Assembly (NCBI GenBank): GCA_013359225.1
Contig: JABWCG010000001.1
Location: forward strand, 134,410-198,409
Length of the DNA: 64,000 nt
Direction of reading: 5' to 3'
From: Candidatus Buchananbacteria bacterium
Lineage (GTDB): Bacteria; Patescibacteriota; Patescibacteriia; Buchananbacterales; UBA6539
Positions 38,632-48,110 of this stretch are shown piece by piece. A program made the translations under genes and the position numbers. The notes under the pieces are model-generated. The model was not told where the DNA came from and did not search any database. It was given only the letters and a program-made list of their open reading frames with translations. Positions within the stretch are counted from its first letter, which is position 1, and every line of letters begins with the position of its first letter.

Positions 38632-39678
38632 ATGAGGATACTATTTTCAGGAGGCGGAACAATCGGTTCGGTTAGTCCCTTGATTGCAATCTATGAAGAG
38701 ATAAACAGCAGTGTTTCGGGTGCTGATTTTTTATGGTTGGCAACTAAGGAGGGTACAGAAAATTCGCTGATTAGTTCCTATGGCATTCCAATCAAAAAAA
38801 TTTCTTCCGGCAAAATGAGACGCTATTTTAGTTGGCGGAATTTTTTGGATCCCTTTTTAATTGTAGCGGGGTTTTTTCAGGCATTAAAAATTATCTGGCA
38901 GTATCAGCCTTCGGTAGTAATGACTGCCGGTGGGTTTGTTTCAGTGCCGGTTGCCTGGGCAGCTTGGGTGCTAGGAAAACCGGTGACAGTTCATCAGCAG
39001 GATATCAGACCAGGATTAGCAAACAAATTGATGGCGCCGGTAGCAACTATTATTACCGTCACATTTAAAAAATCATTGAAAGATTTCCCGTCTAAGAAAA
39101 CGACAGTGGTTGGTAATCCAGTGAGAAAAGACATTTTAACCGCTCGCCGGGAAGAGGGGTATAAAATTTTTAATCTTGATCCGAATTTGCCAACTTTGTT
39201 AGTCATTGGCGGCGGTACGGGGGCGTTGAGTTTAAATAATTTAGTCGTTAACAGTTTGCCGCAGTTAGTGCAATTTTGTCAGGTGATTCATTTAACCGGC
39301 GGGCGACTTGATGTTGAGGCCAGCCATTCACGTTATCGTAGCTTTGATTTTTTAACAGACCAATTAAGGTATGCGTATGCGGTCGCCGATTTGGTTATTA
39401 CTCGGGCGGGGATGTCGTCGTTGACTGAACTAGCCGCTTGGCAAAAACCGTTGATTGTTGTTCCGATTCCGGAAACTCATCAGGAGGAAAATGCGGCGGA
39501 ATTTTTCCGTAATAATGCGGCAGTACTAATCAATGAAAAAGATCTTAATCCTGATATTCTGGCTAAGGCTGTCAGAGAGCTACTAGATGACAAGCCAGCG
39601 CTGAGTAATTTGAGCCGTAATATCACTAAGATTTTACCGCCGAATGCTTCTCGAAAAATAGTTGAGTTAATTTTATGA
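38632..39678 (+). CDS. murG: Lipid II GlcNAc transferase
   Basis: GGGTIG, GGFVSVP, PGLAN, GNPVR, GGGTGA, RAG, HQEENA. Confidence 0.95.
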   Translation: MRILFSGGGTIGSVSPLIAIYEEINSSVSGADFLWLATKEGTENSLISSYGIPIKKISSGKMRRYFSWRNFLDPFLIVAGFFQALKIIWQYQPSVVMTAGGFVSVPVAWAAWVLGKPVTVHQQDIRPGLANKLMAPVATIITVTFKKSLKDFPSKKTTVVGNPVRKDILTARREEGYKIFNLDPNLPTLLVIGGGTGALSLNNLVVNSLPQLVQFCQVIHLTGGRLDVEASHSRYRSFDFLTDQLRYAYAVADLVITRAGMSSLTELAAWQKPLIVVPIPETHQEENAAEFFRNNAAVLINEKDLNPDILAKAVRELLDDKPALSNLSRNITKILPPNASRKIVELIL

Positions 39679-40538
39679 GCGAAAACATTTCGCGAAAAAA
39701 AGTTGGTTTAGCTTTGTCTGGCGGTTTTATCCGGGCCACGGCTCAGATCGGCGTGATTGAGGTTTTGGAAGAAAATAATATTCCGATTGATATTATCTCT
39801 GGCTGTTCATCAGGCTCGGCAATTGCCGGCGCTTATGCCGCCGGAACACTGCCGCAATTAAAGAAGCGGTTGATTGAAGGCCGCCGCCGAGATTTCTGGC
39901 GGGTTATTTTTGAACCAACGATTCCCCGGGAAGGGTTTTTAAAAGGCGAGCGTAACCGGGTGTTTTTTGAGGAGTTTGTCGGCGACAAGGAGTTTAAGGA
40001 TTTGCATAAAAAGGTATTACTGACAGTGACTGATATTTTGACCATGAAAGAAACAATCATTGCCGACGGCAAGGTTGGGCAGGCAATTCAGGCTTGTACG
40101 GCGGTGCCTGGTGTGTTCAAACCGGTTAAAAGAGGTGGGCAGGTCTTAGTTGACGGCGGAAATTTTAATATGATCCCTTCAAATGTCTTGTATCAAAATG
40201 GCGCGGATTATGTCATTGCCGTGTATGTTTCCCGGCCGCCGAGCCTGTTTACCAGATTTTTTTCGACTTTGCGCGGCCTGAAAAAAAATAAAAAAGAAGC
40301 AATTAAAAATCATAAAACGAATTTGAATATTATTGACTTAATTTATCGGGCGTCCTGGCTATCGGTCGCTCAATCAAGGAATTTTTATCATACGGCTTAT
40401 CCATATAATATTATTATTGATCCGGGAATTAAGCATATTGGCCGAATGCACACTAGCGCCGTTAAATATTGTATTCAGGAAGGTCGTCGGGCGGCATTGC
40501 GAGCAGTGCCACAGATTAAAAAGGATCTAGGTTTATGA
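39675..40538 (+). CDS. Patatin-like phospholipase
   Basis: LALSGG, GCSSG nucleophile elbow, VDGG; ATGA overlaps with murG and murC. Confidence 0.88.
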   Translation: MSENISRKKVGLALSGGFIRATAQIGVIEVLEENNIPIDIISGCSSGSAIAGAYAAGTLPQLKKRLIEGRRRDFWRVIFEPTIPREGFLKGERNRVFFEEFVGDKEFKDLHKKVLLTVTDILTMKETIIADGKVGQAIQACTAVPGVFKPVKRGGQVLVDGGNFNMIPSNVLYQNGADYVIAVYVSRPPSLFTRFFSTLRGLKKNKKEAIKNHKTNLNIIDLIYRASWLSVAQSRNFYHTAYPYNIIIDPGIKHIGRMHTSAVKYCIQEGRRAALRAVPQIKKDLGL

Positions 40539-41917
40539 TTAATATTAACAGCATAAAAAAAATTTATTTTATCGGTATTAAAGGCGTAGCAATGTCTGGT
40601 TTGGCTGTGATCTGTAAACAACGGGGGTTGACGGTTTTTGGCTCCGATGTTCCCGAAAAATTTATTACGGATAAGATTTTAATTGATAATGACATCGAAG
40701 TTTTTGAAAATTTTTCTGCTCAGAATATGAGCGTTGATCCAGATTTAGTGGTGATTGGCGCCTCATGGGGAAGCGAAAATGTTGAAGTGGCAGAATGTCA
40801 CAAAAGGAAAATCCCGACCATCAGCGATTCAGAGTTGCGCGGTATTTTAAGCCGTGAGAAAAGGACTATCGCGGTAACCGGCGTTCATGGCAAAACCACC
40901 ACCACGGCTTTAGTGGCGCATGTGTTTCGTCAGGCGAGGCTAGATCCGAGCTTTTTAATTGGAACCGGACAAGTGCCTGATTTAAAAAGTAATGCCGCTT
41001 GGTCGACGGGCGCGCATTTTATTGTTGAGGGTGATGAATATATTCGGGCAAAAAATGATACCGTTTCAAAGTTTTTAGATCTTGATCCGGCCATTTCGAT
41101 TATTACCAGTTTGGAGTGGGAACATGTTGATGTATTTCCCGATTTGGCATCTTTAGAAAAATCTTTTGCCCAGCTGATTGAGAAGACAAAGAATGTTGTT
41201 GTGGCATGTGGTGATTGGCCTAGTGTTAGAAAGATTATTGCTAACCAAGATAAAACCATTGTTACGTACGGTTTGGGTGACGATAATATGTATGTTGCTA
41301 GGGACATCATTCATGAATTTAATAAAACTACCTTCAGGCTTTTTAAATCCGGGGAAGAAATTGGTAAGTTTGAGACGGGCTTGTTTGGCGTTCATAATGT
41401 ATTAAATTGTTGTGCCGCCATTATTGTTGGCTTAATGGAAAGTGTCAGCCTGGAACAGATTAGAGTGGCATTGTTAAGTTTTAAAGGAACTGAACGCCGG
41501 TTTGATGTCTCAGAAAAAAATGGCATTATATTTGTTGACGATTATGGTCATCATCCGACGGAAATTAAGACTACTCTTGAGGCGGTGCGCCATCGTTATC
41601 CTGATAAAAAAATTTGGTGTGTCTTTCAGCCGCATATGGTTTCGCGGACTAAAGCGCTTTTGTCTGATTTCACCCGAAGTTTCAACAGCGTTGACCGGAT
41701 AATTTTTGCCGATATTTTTGCTTCGGCGCGTGAGCAAGGCCATGATTTTACCTCAGAACACCTGGCGCAAGCCACTAAAATAAATCATCCCGACGTGGTT
41801 TACGCCGGTGATCTTAATCAAACGATTAATTATTTGAAAGAAAGGCTGGAGCCTGGTACAGTATTAGTTACGATGGGTGCGGGGGATGTCTATCGGGTTC
41901 GTGATAAATTAATTTAA
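40535..41917 (+). CDS. murC: UDP-MurNAc:L-Ala ligase
   Basis: IGIKGVAMSG, GVHGKTTTT, EGDE, RRF, DDYGHHPTE, FQPH, GAGD. Confidence 0.96.
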   Translation: MININSIKKIYFIGIKGVAMSGLAVICKQRGLTVFGSDVPEKFITDKILIDNDIEVFENFSAQNMSVDPDLVVIGASWGSENVEVAECHKRKIPTISDSELRGILSREKRTIAVTGVHGKTTTTALVAHVFRQARLDPSFLIGTGQVPDLKSNAAWSTGAHFIVEGDEYIRAKNDTVSKFLDLDPAISIITSLEWEHVDVFPDLASLEKSFAQLIEKTKNVVVACGDWPSVRKIIANQDKTIVTYGLGDDNMYVARDIIHEFNKTTFRLFKSGEEIGKFETGLFGVHNVLNCCAAIIVGLMESVSLEQIRVALLSFKGTERRFDVSEKNGIIFVDDYGHHPTEIKTTLEAVRHRYPDKKIWCVFQPHMVSRTKALLSDFTRSFNSVDRIIFADIFASAREQGHDFTSEHLAQATKINHPDVVYAGDLNQTINYLKERLEPGTVLVTMGAGDVYRVRDKLI

Positions 41918-41924
41918 TAATTAT

Positions 41925-42887
41925 ATGCCAAATCTAAAAGAGTTGTTGCCAACAGTGCAGGAAAATGTCAGTTTAGCTGAACAGTGCACTTATAAGTTGG
42001 GTGGCCCGGCGCGGTATTTTTATTTAGCAAAAAGCAGTGAAGATTTGTTAAAGGCAATTCAGGCAGCGACCAAATTGGGCATTGAATATACGGTGATTGG
42101 TTGGGGAAGTAATATTTTAATTGCTGATTTGGGTTATGATGGATTGGTAATAAAAAATCTCGGCGGTAAATTGACGGCTAATGGAGAAGAAATTATCGTT
42201 GAAAGCGGCGTTGATTTGTCTAAGCTTGTTGACTTCGCCACCAAGAAAGGTTTGACCGGCCTGGAATTTGCGTCCGGTATTCCCGGTACGGTTGGCGGTG
42301 CGGTCTATGGTAATGCCGGTGCATACGGTTCGAGCTTTTCTGAAATTGTAACCGAAGTAACGGTGTACCAGGCCGGCGAAATTAAAAAAATGAGCAACCG
42401 CGATATGGGCTTTGGGTATCGTCATAGCATCCTGAAAGAAAAGCCGGCTTTGGTACTGTCGGTAATATTGAAATTAAAAAAAGGAGATCAAAAAGAAATT
42501 GCGGCGAAAGTCCGAGAGATTATCAAACAGCGCGAAGCAAAGTTACCGTCTGAACCAAGTTGCGGTTGTGTGTTTAAAAATATTGAACTTGATAAAGTTG
42601 CAATTGATAAGGCTAAAGTTATAAAGGGGCTGGATATTAGTGAGGAGGAATGGAACGAGGCAACTAAGTATGGCAAGCTCTCTTCGGGGTATATTATTGA
42701 TCGGCTGGGATTAAAAGATAAAAAGATTGGTGGCTGCCATATTTCATCAAAACATGGTGCGTATATTGTCAACACTGAACACGCTAGGGCAGAGCACGTA
42801 ATTATGCTTATCTCAGAAGTGAAAATGAAAGTGCGCAATGCTACCGGTATTCAGCTGCAGGAAGAAGTGCAGTATTTGGGATTTTAG
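41925..42887 (+). CDS. murB: UDP-N-acetylenolpyruvoylglucosamine reductase
   Basis: GGPA, GSN, GIPGTVGGAVYGNAGAYG, YRHS, SCGCVFKN, EEV. Confidence 0.95.
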   Translation: MPNLKELLPTVQENVSLAEQCTYKLGGPARYFYLAKSSEDLLKAIQAATKLGIEYTVIGWGSNILIADLGYDGLVIKNLGGKLTANGEEIIVESGVDLSKLVDFATKKGLTGLEFASGIPGTVGGAVYGNAGAYGSSFSEIVTEVTVYQAGEIKKMSNRDMGFGYRHSILKEKPALVLSVILKLKKGDQKEIAAKVREIIKQREAKLPSEPSCGCVFKNIELDKVAIDKAKVIKGLDISEEEWNEATKYGKLSSGYIIDRLGLKDKKIGGCHISSKHGAYIVNTEHARAEHVIMLISEVKMKVRNATGIQLQEEVQYLGF

Positions 42888-42911
42888 AAAAAACAACCCA
42901 AAGTGGGTTGT
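42888..42911 (-). terminator. Terminator of the pseudo-receiver orphan
   Basis: ACAACCCA/TGGGTTGT stem followed on the minus strand by a T-tract. Confidence 0.7.
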
Positions 42912-42926
42912 CAAAGAGTCTAAGGT

Positions 42927-43298
42927 TCAGGGGCGGCTTTGTATAGCCGCTTCGATCTTTTTTGCCAACTTCGGCAAATCCCTTGGGTATGAGCTCGCAA
43001 TGAAGATGTGATCTTTGGTGCAGAACTCTTTGGCGGGATAATGCCCGATGACGATGATCGGAATTGTGCAACCGGATTGATTCAGTTGGTTTAAGGCTTG
43101 TGAGGTGTTTATCTCGGCGCAGCCCTCTTTAATCTCCTGGAGCAGTAGCGCGTCGGCAGCGCCACCAGCCACCTGGCTGAGCAAATCTGCCAGGCAAAAG
43201 ACGGCAGTTATGGCGAAACCTTCGTTTTGAAGGTAATCGGCCAAAATCAACATCTCGGTATCCTTGGTTGGGGACATCAGGAATGTCACTTTTGACAC
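42927..43298 (-). CDS. Orphan degenerate receiver (CheY-like) domain protein
   Basis: Start re-called to GTG 43298 after AGGAGG; LADYLQNEGF, ADALLLQ, IPIIVIG, LAKKIEAAI follow the receiver fold. Confidence 0.65.
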   Translation of the reverse strand: MSKVTFLMSPTKDTEMLILADYLQNEGFAITAVFCLADLLSQVAGGAADALLLQEIKEGCAEINTSQALNQLNQSGCTIPIIVIGHYPAKEFCTKDHIFIASSYPRDLPKLAKKIEAAIQSRP

Positions 43299-43342
43299 GG
43301 GTGCGGCCCTCCTGTAAGCTTTCAATGAAACATCGGTTGATT

Positions 43343-43393
43343 ATTGTAGCCTGATTTTTTCACCTTGTCAATTAACGGTTTATGTTATATAAT
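43343..43393. promoter_or_regulatory. Back-to-back promoters sharing TTGTCAA (pseudo-receiver / secA)
   Basis: Plus strand TTGTCA(43365)-17-TATAAT; minus strand TTGACA(43371)-17-TACAAT. Confidence 0.72.
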
Positions 43394-43406
43394 ATCTACG
43401 TTTTAT

Positions 43407-46157
43407 ATGAATTTAGCAAAACAATTAGAAAAGATTTTTGGCGATCCTAGCCAGCATTTTCTGAAAAAGTCAGCGCCATTGGTGGATCAAATTAATGCCC
43501 TGGAAAAAAAATTTGAGGCGTTAACTGATCAAGCATTAAAAGATCAAACCCAAAAATTCAGAGCGGATTTGAAAAACAACAAAACTTTGGAAGAAATTTT
43601 GCCGGAGGCCTTTAGCTGTGTCCGCGAAGCAGCAAAACGAACCCTGGGGATTCGGCATTACGACGTTCAGTTATTGGCCGGAATTGTTTTGCATCATGGC
43701 CATATCGCCGAACAAAAAACCGGTGAAGGAAAAACATTGTCGGCAACAACAGCGCTATATTTGAACGCGCTTGAAGGTGCGGGCGCTCATTTGGTCACGG
43801 TTAACGATTATTTGTCCCGCCGCGACTGCGGTTGGATGGGTCCGGTTTATGATGCGCTCGGTTTAACGGTTGGTGTCATAGTTCATGACGCCGCTTTTAT
43901 TTATGATCCGAAGTACACCGATGATAAGGCAACCGACCCCCGTTTGATTCATCTCAGGCCGGTGACGCGCAAAGAAGCATATCTGGCCGACATTACTTAC
44001 GGCACCAACAATGAATTTGGCTTTGATTATTTGCGTGATAACATGGTGCAGAGTTTAGAACAAATGGTTCAGCGCGATTTACACTTTGCAATTGTTGATG
44101 AAGTTGACAGTATTTTAATTGATGAAGCGCGGACTCCGCTGATTATTTCCGCGCCGGATATGGAGTCTACTGATAAGTACCGCCAGTTTGCCCAGCTAGT
44201 TACAAAACTGAAAGAAAACGAAGATTATAATATTGACGAAAAACGCCGAGCAGCAACTCTGACCGAAGAGGGAATCAATAAGCTGGAAAAATTTTTGGGC
44301 GTTGAAAATATTTATACCGATCGCGGGATTTCTGAGGTTCATCACATTGAGCAGGCGCTTAAGGCGCACACTTTGTTTAAGCGTGACCGCGATTATGTTG
44401 TCAAAGACGGTGAGGTTATTATTGTCGACGAGTTCACCGGTCGAATGATGTTTGGCCGGCGCTATAGCGAAGGACTACATCAGGCGATCGAGGCAAAAGA
44501 AGGGGTTGAAGTTCAGCGTGAAAGCCGTACGTTGGCAACCATTACTTTTCAAAATTATTTTAGATTATACAAGAAACTAGCCGGGATGACCGGTACTGCC
44601 AAAACTGAAGAAGAAGAGTTCCAAAAAATTTATGGATTGGACGTGGCGGTAATCCCAACCAATAAGCCGTTAGCCAGGGTTGATTTATCGGATCGGATTT
44701 ATAAGAACGAAGAGGCAAAATTCCGTGCCGTGGTGACGGAAGTCAAAGAGCGCCACACCAAGGGCCAGCCGGTTTTAATTGGTACAATTTCGATTGAAAA
44801 AAATGAACTACTTAGCGTTTTGCTCGATCGTGAAGGTATTCCTCATAATTTATTAAATGCCAAACAGCACGAACGCGAAGCACAAATCATTTCTCAGGCC
44901 GGACGAATTGGTGCTGTCACAGTTGCGACCAACATGGCCGGCCGCGGTGTTGATATTAAACTTGGTGGTGATCCGGTTGATGCTCAAGAGGAGGCGAAAG
45001 TCAAAGAACTTGGCGGTTTGTTTATCCTTGGCACTGAGCGGCACGAATCTCGCCGGATTGATAACCAGCTGCGCGGTCGTGGCGGGCGGCAGGGTGACCC
45101 CGGCAACTCGCAATTTTATGTTTGCCTTGACGATGATTTAATGCGGATTTTCGGCTCAGACCGGATTAAGCGGGTGATGGAAACTCTTAAAGTGCCTGAT
45201 GACATGCCAATCGAAAACAGAATGATTACTCGGTCGTTAGAAGCAGCGCAAAAAAAAGTTGAGGGATTTCATTTTGATACTCGTAAACATTTGGTTGAAT
45301 ATGACGACGTTTTAAATAAACAGCGTGAAACAATTTATCGTAAACGCCGCGAGGCGCTTAAAGGCGAAAATCTTAAGGATCAGATTTTAACCCAAGTTCG
45401 GCAAGAGATTGAAGAAGTGGTTAATTTCCATACTGCCGAAGGCGATGAAACCGCTTGGAATTTACAGGAAATTTATGAAGTGGTAAATACCGTTTTTCCG
45501 CTTGATCAAACGGTTCGTTTGGAAATTAAAGACATTGGTTTGGAAGCCGGCGACGCCATTGAAGATAATACTTCGAGAGGAAAGTTAATTGGGTATCTTT
45601 TTAAGCTGGCCGTTGACCACTACAATACCATTGAAGAAGAGGTCGTTAAGACCGTTGGTACGGCCGACGCGTTGCGCCGGGTGGAACGGGGCATTATTTT
45701 GCGCAGCATTGATACATTATGGATTGAGCACTTGGAAGCGCTTGATAGTTTGCGGGCTGGCATTGGTTTGCGCGGCTACGGTCAGCGTGATCCGCTGGTT
45801 GAATATAAAAAAGAATCTTTTGGGCTGTTTACCGAATTATTAAAAATGATTCGTAAACAAATTGTGTACAGTATTTACAAAGTCGGCGCTGCAAGTCAAA
45901 TTGCACCAGGAGTGATGATGAATCAAATTCCCGGCCTGACTTTTCAGGCGCCGTCAAAAACCGGTAGTTCCAGTCATTCAGCGATTTTACAGGCCGGTGC
46001 CGGAAAAACGCCACAGCAGCGGGAAGTGGAAAACCGTGAAGCGTCCAATGCGGTGGTAGAAGATGCTCACACCCATTATCAGGGCCAAAAAGTCGGACGC
46101 AATGATTTATGTCCATGTGGTTCTGGTAAAAAGTTTAAAAAGTGCCATGGAGCATAA
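43407..46157 (+). CDS. secA: Preprotein translocase ATPase SecA
   Basis: KTGEGKT, VTVNDYL, DEVDSILIDEARTPLIIS, TNMAGRG, C-terminal GRNDLCPCGSGKKFKKCH; start re-called to ATG 43407. Confidence 0.98.
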   Translation: MNLAKQLEKIFGDPSQHFLKKSAPLVDQINALEKKFEALTDQALKDQTQKFRADLKNNKTLEEILPEAFSCVREAAKRTLGIRHYDVQLLAGIVLHHGHIAEQKTGEGKTLSATTALYLNALEGAGAHLVTVNDYLSRRDCGWMGPVYDALGLTVGVIVHDAAFIYDPKYTDDKATDPRLIHLRPVTRKEAYLADITYGTNNEFGFDYLRDNMVQSLEQMVQRDLHFAIVDEVDSILIDEARTPLIISAPDMESTDKYRQFAQLVTKLKENEDYNIDEKRRAATLTEEGINKLEKFLGVENIYTDRGISEVHHIEQALKAHTLFKRDRDYVVKDGEVIIVDEFTGRMMFGRRYSEGLHQAIEAKEGVEVQRESRTLATITFQNYFRLYKKLAGMTGTAKTEEEEFQKIYGLDVAVIPTNKPLARVDLSDRIYKNEEAKFRAVVTEVKERHTKGQPVLIGTISIEKNELLSVLLDREGIPHNLLNAKQHEREAQIISQAGRIGAVTVATNMAGRGVDIKLGGDPVDAQEEAKVKELGGLFILGTERHESRRIDNQLRGRGGRQGDPGNSQFYVCLDDDLMRIFGSDRIKRVMETLKVPDDMPIENRMITRSLEAAQKKVEGFHFDTRKHLVEYDDVLNKQRETIYRKRREALKGENLKDQILTQVRQEIEEVVNFHTAEGDETAWNLQEIYEVVNTVFPLDQTVRLEIKDIGLEAGDAIEDNTSRGKLIGYLFKLAVDHYNTIEEEVVKTVGTADALRRVERGIILRSIDTLWIEHLEALDSLRAGIGLRGYGQRDPLVEYKKESFGLFTELLKMIRKQIVYSIYKVGAASQIAPGVMMNQIPGLTFQAPSKTGSSSHSAILQAGAGKTPQQREVENREASNAVVEDAHTHYQGQKVGRNDLCPCGSGKKFKKCHGA

Positions 46158-46596
46158 AAATAAGAAAGTCAAAATTGCTATTTGTGGGAGCCTAGATTTT
46201 ACTTACGAAATTGAAAAACTCGCGCAAGAGCTTCGGAATAGGGGGTTTGAAGTATTCATTCCGATTAGCTCGGAAAAAATTTTAAGAGGAGAGGTTTCTC
46301 TTGAAGAGATTAAACAAGAAAAAAGAGCTGGAAAATTTTCAGAAAGAGCGATAAAGAATAATTCAATTCGCGAATATTGGAACATAATCAATGAGTGTGA
46401 TTGCGTCTTGATTGCAAATTATGACAAAAAGGGTATTGCCGGGTATGTTGGCGGAAACGTTTTTCTTGAAATGGGATTTGCACATGTGCTAAAAAAGAAA
46501 ATCTTTTTGTTGCACGGCGTTCCCGATATGATCTATAGCGATGAAATTAAAGCGATGCAGCCAATTGTTTTGAACGAAGATTTATCAAGTATATGA
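46147..46596 (+). CDS. Nucleoside 2-deoxyribosyltransferase-like protein
   Basis: AICGS, G.EVFIP, I.ECDCVLIAN, GGNVFLEMGFA..LKK; start re-called to ATG 46147, overlapping the end of secA. Confidence 0.65.
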   Translation: MEHKNKKVKIAICGSLDFTYEIEKLAQELRNRGFEVFIPISSEKILRGEVSLEEIKQEKRAGKFSERAIKNNSIREYWNIINECDCVLIANYDKKGIAGYVGGNVFLEMGFAHVLKKKIFLLHGVPDMIYSDEIKAMQPIVLNEDLSSI

Positions 46597-46895
46597 AATA
46601 TAATAAATTAGTCAGAGACAAAATCCCTGAATACATTGCCCGAAAAGGCGGTAAAGCTATTACCCATATTGCCAATGATAAAGAGTATTGGGAAAAGTTA
46701 AAGGAAAAGCTGCAGGAGGAAACGCAGGAATTTTTTGAGAATGAAACAATTGAAGAACTGGCCGACATTCAGGAGGTGATTAAGGCAATTAGTGATTATT
46801 TAAAATTTGATGAAACCCAAATCGCTTTAGTAAGGAAGAAAAAATTGGAGGAGCGGGGAGCATTTACCAAGAAAATTATTTTGGACGAGTCCTAA
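46593..46895 (+). CDS. All-alpha NTP pyrophosphohydrolase (PRA-PH/COG4997-like)
   Basis: YNKLVRDKIP, KLQEE, EELADIQEV, ERGAF. Confidence 0.85.
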   Translation: MKYNKLVRDKIPEYIARKGGKAITHIANDKEYWEKLKEKLQEETQEFFENETIEELADIQEVIKAISDYLKFDETQIALVRKKKLEERGAFTKKIILDES

Positions 46896-46921
46896 ACTAA
46901 AACGTCATTAATAATAACAAT

Positions 46922-47236
46922 ATGGATTTTAAAGAAATTAAAGATGGTGTTATTAATAATGCCAATCGCTATGGCGAAGTTCATGGGGTCAAGATTGATC
47001 AAGACTTTGCGATTTTAAAGTTGTATGAAGAAGTCGGCGAAGTGGCACAGGCGATTTTGATTCATCAGAAAAAGAGCCGGCCGGAAAAGTTCGTCTCCGA
47101 AGCTGAATCGCAAGAAATGGTGGCTAAGGAGTTAGCTGATGTGGTTGGAATGTGTATGGTGAATGCTCATCTTTTAGGAATTGATTTAGAAAAAGCAATT
47201 TTAAAGAAATGGCTTAAAAAAGATTTGCCGTCGTAA
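46922..47236 (+). CDS. MazG-like nucleotide pyrophosphohydrolase
   Basis: KLYEEVGEVAQA..KELADV..IDLEKAILKKW. Confidence 0.85.
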   Translation: MDFKEIKDGVINNANRYGEVHGVKIDQDFAILKLYEEVGEVAQAILIHQKKSRPEKFVSEAESQEMVAKELADVVGMCMVNAHLLGIDLEKAILKKWLKKDLPS

Positions 47237-47244
47237 AATATAGT

Positions 47245-48108
47245 ATGCCGGAATTACCTGAAGTTGAAACGCTAAAACGCGATTTAAAAGTCCTTAAGGG
47301 CAGGATTATCACATTAGCACAGGTAAATTTGCCTAAGATGGTAACACCTCTTAGCATTAAAGAGTTTACCCAAAAAATTAAGGGCAAAAAGATTATTGAC
47401 ATCTCGCGCCGGGCGAAGGTGTTGTTTTTTAAATTGTCAGACGGCAGATATTTGGCAATTCATCTGAAAATGACTGGGCAATTAATTTTTCAGCCGCGCC
47501 GGGGTAACATGATTGTCGGCGGCCATCCACAGAAAGGTGGTGCTACTAACTTGCCGAATAAATACACGCACGTGGTGCTTCATTTTAAGGACGGCACAAC
47601 GCTTTTTTTTAACGACTTGCGCAAGTTTGGTTGGATGAGGCTAATTACCCAGGCTGAATTTACGGCCATTGAGGCCGGCTTTGGGGTTGAACCGTTAACA
47701 AAAGATTTCACGTTTGAAAAATTTAAAAAAGCGATTGGTCGGTATCCCAACCGTAAAATTAAACAAGCTTTAATGGATCATACCTTGATTTCAGGGATTG
47801 GCAACATTTATGCCGATGAAAGCTGCTATGACGCTAAAATTCTTCCCAGTCGGGTGGTGAAAAGTTTGCGGCCAAAAGAGATTCGTGATTTACATGAAGC
47901 TATTAAAAAAATATTAAAATTTGCGGTTGCCAAAAAAGGTACCTCATTTAGAAATTATTTGAGATTTGATGCTCGGCCCGGCGGGATGGTGAAGTATTTG
48001 AAAGTGTATGGTCGAGCCCGTCAAAAATGTCAACGGTGTGGAGGGTTGATTAAAAAAATAAAACAAAATGGGCGAGGCACCCATTTTTGTCCAGCTTGTC
48101 AAAAATAA
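47245..48108 (+). CDS. mutM: Formamidopyrimidine-DNA glycosylase
   Basis: MPELPEVET, HLKMTG, DLRKFG, GIGNIYADE, C-terminal zinc finger. Confidence 0.96.
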   Translation: MPELPEVETLKRDLKVLKGRIITLAQVNLPKMVTPLSIKEFTQKIKGKKIIDISRRAKVLFFKLSDGRYLAIHLKMTGQLIFQPRRGNMIVGGHPQKGGATNLPNKYTHVVLHFKDGTTLFFNDLRKFGWMRLITQAEFTAIEAGFGVEPLTKDFTFEKFKKAIGRYPNRKIKQALMDHTLISGIGNIYADESCYDAKILPSRVVKSLRPKEIRDLHEAIKKILKFAVAKKGTSFRNYLRFDARPGGMVKYLKVYGRARQKCQRCGGLIKKIKQNGRGTHFCPACQK

Positions 48109-48110
48109 TA

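Noticed and set aside
43365-43406. TTG start extending SecA
   Set aside because: The TTG is the -35 box of the secA promoter; ATG 43407 fits
46063-46146. Long overlap of the NDT-like ORF with secA
   Set aside because: Alternative frame of the SecA tail; the recognisable domain starts at ATG 46147
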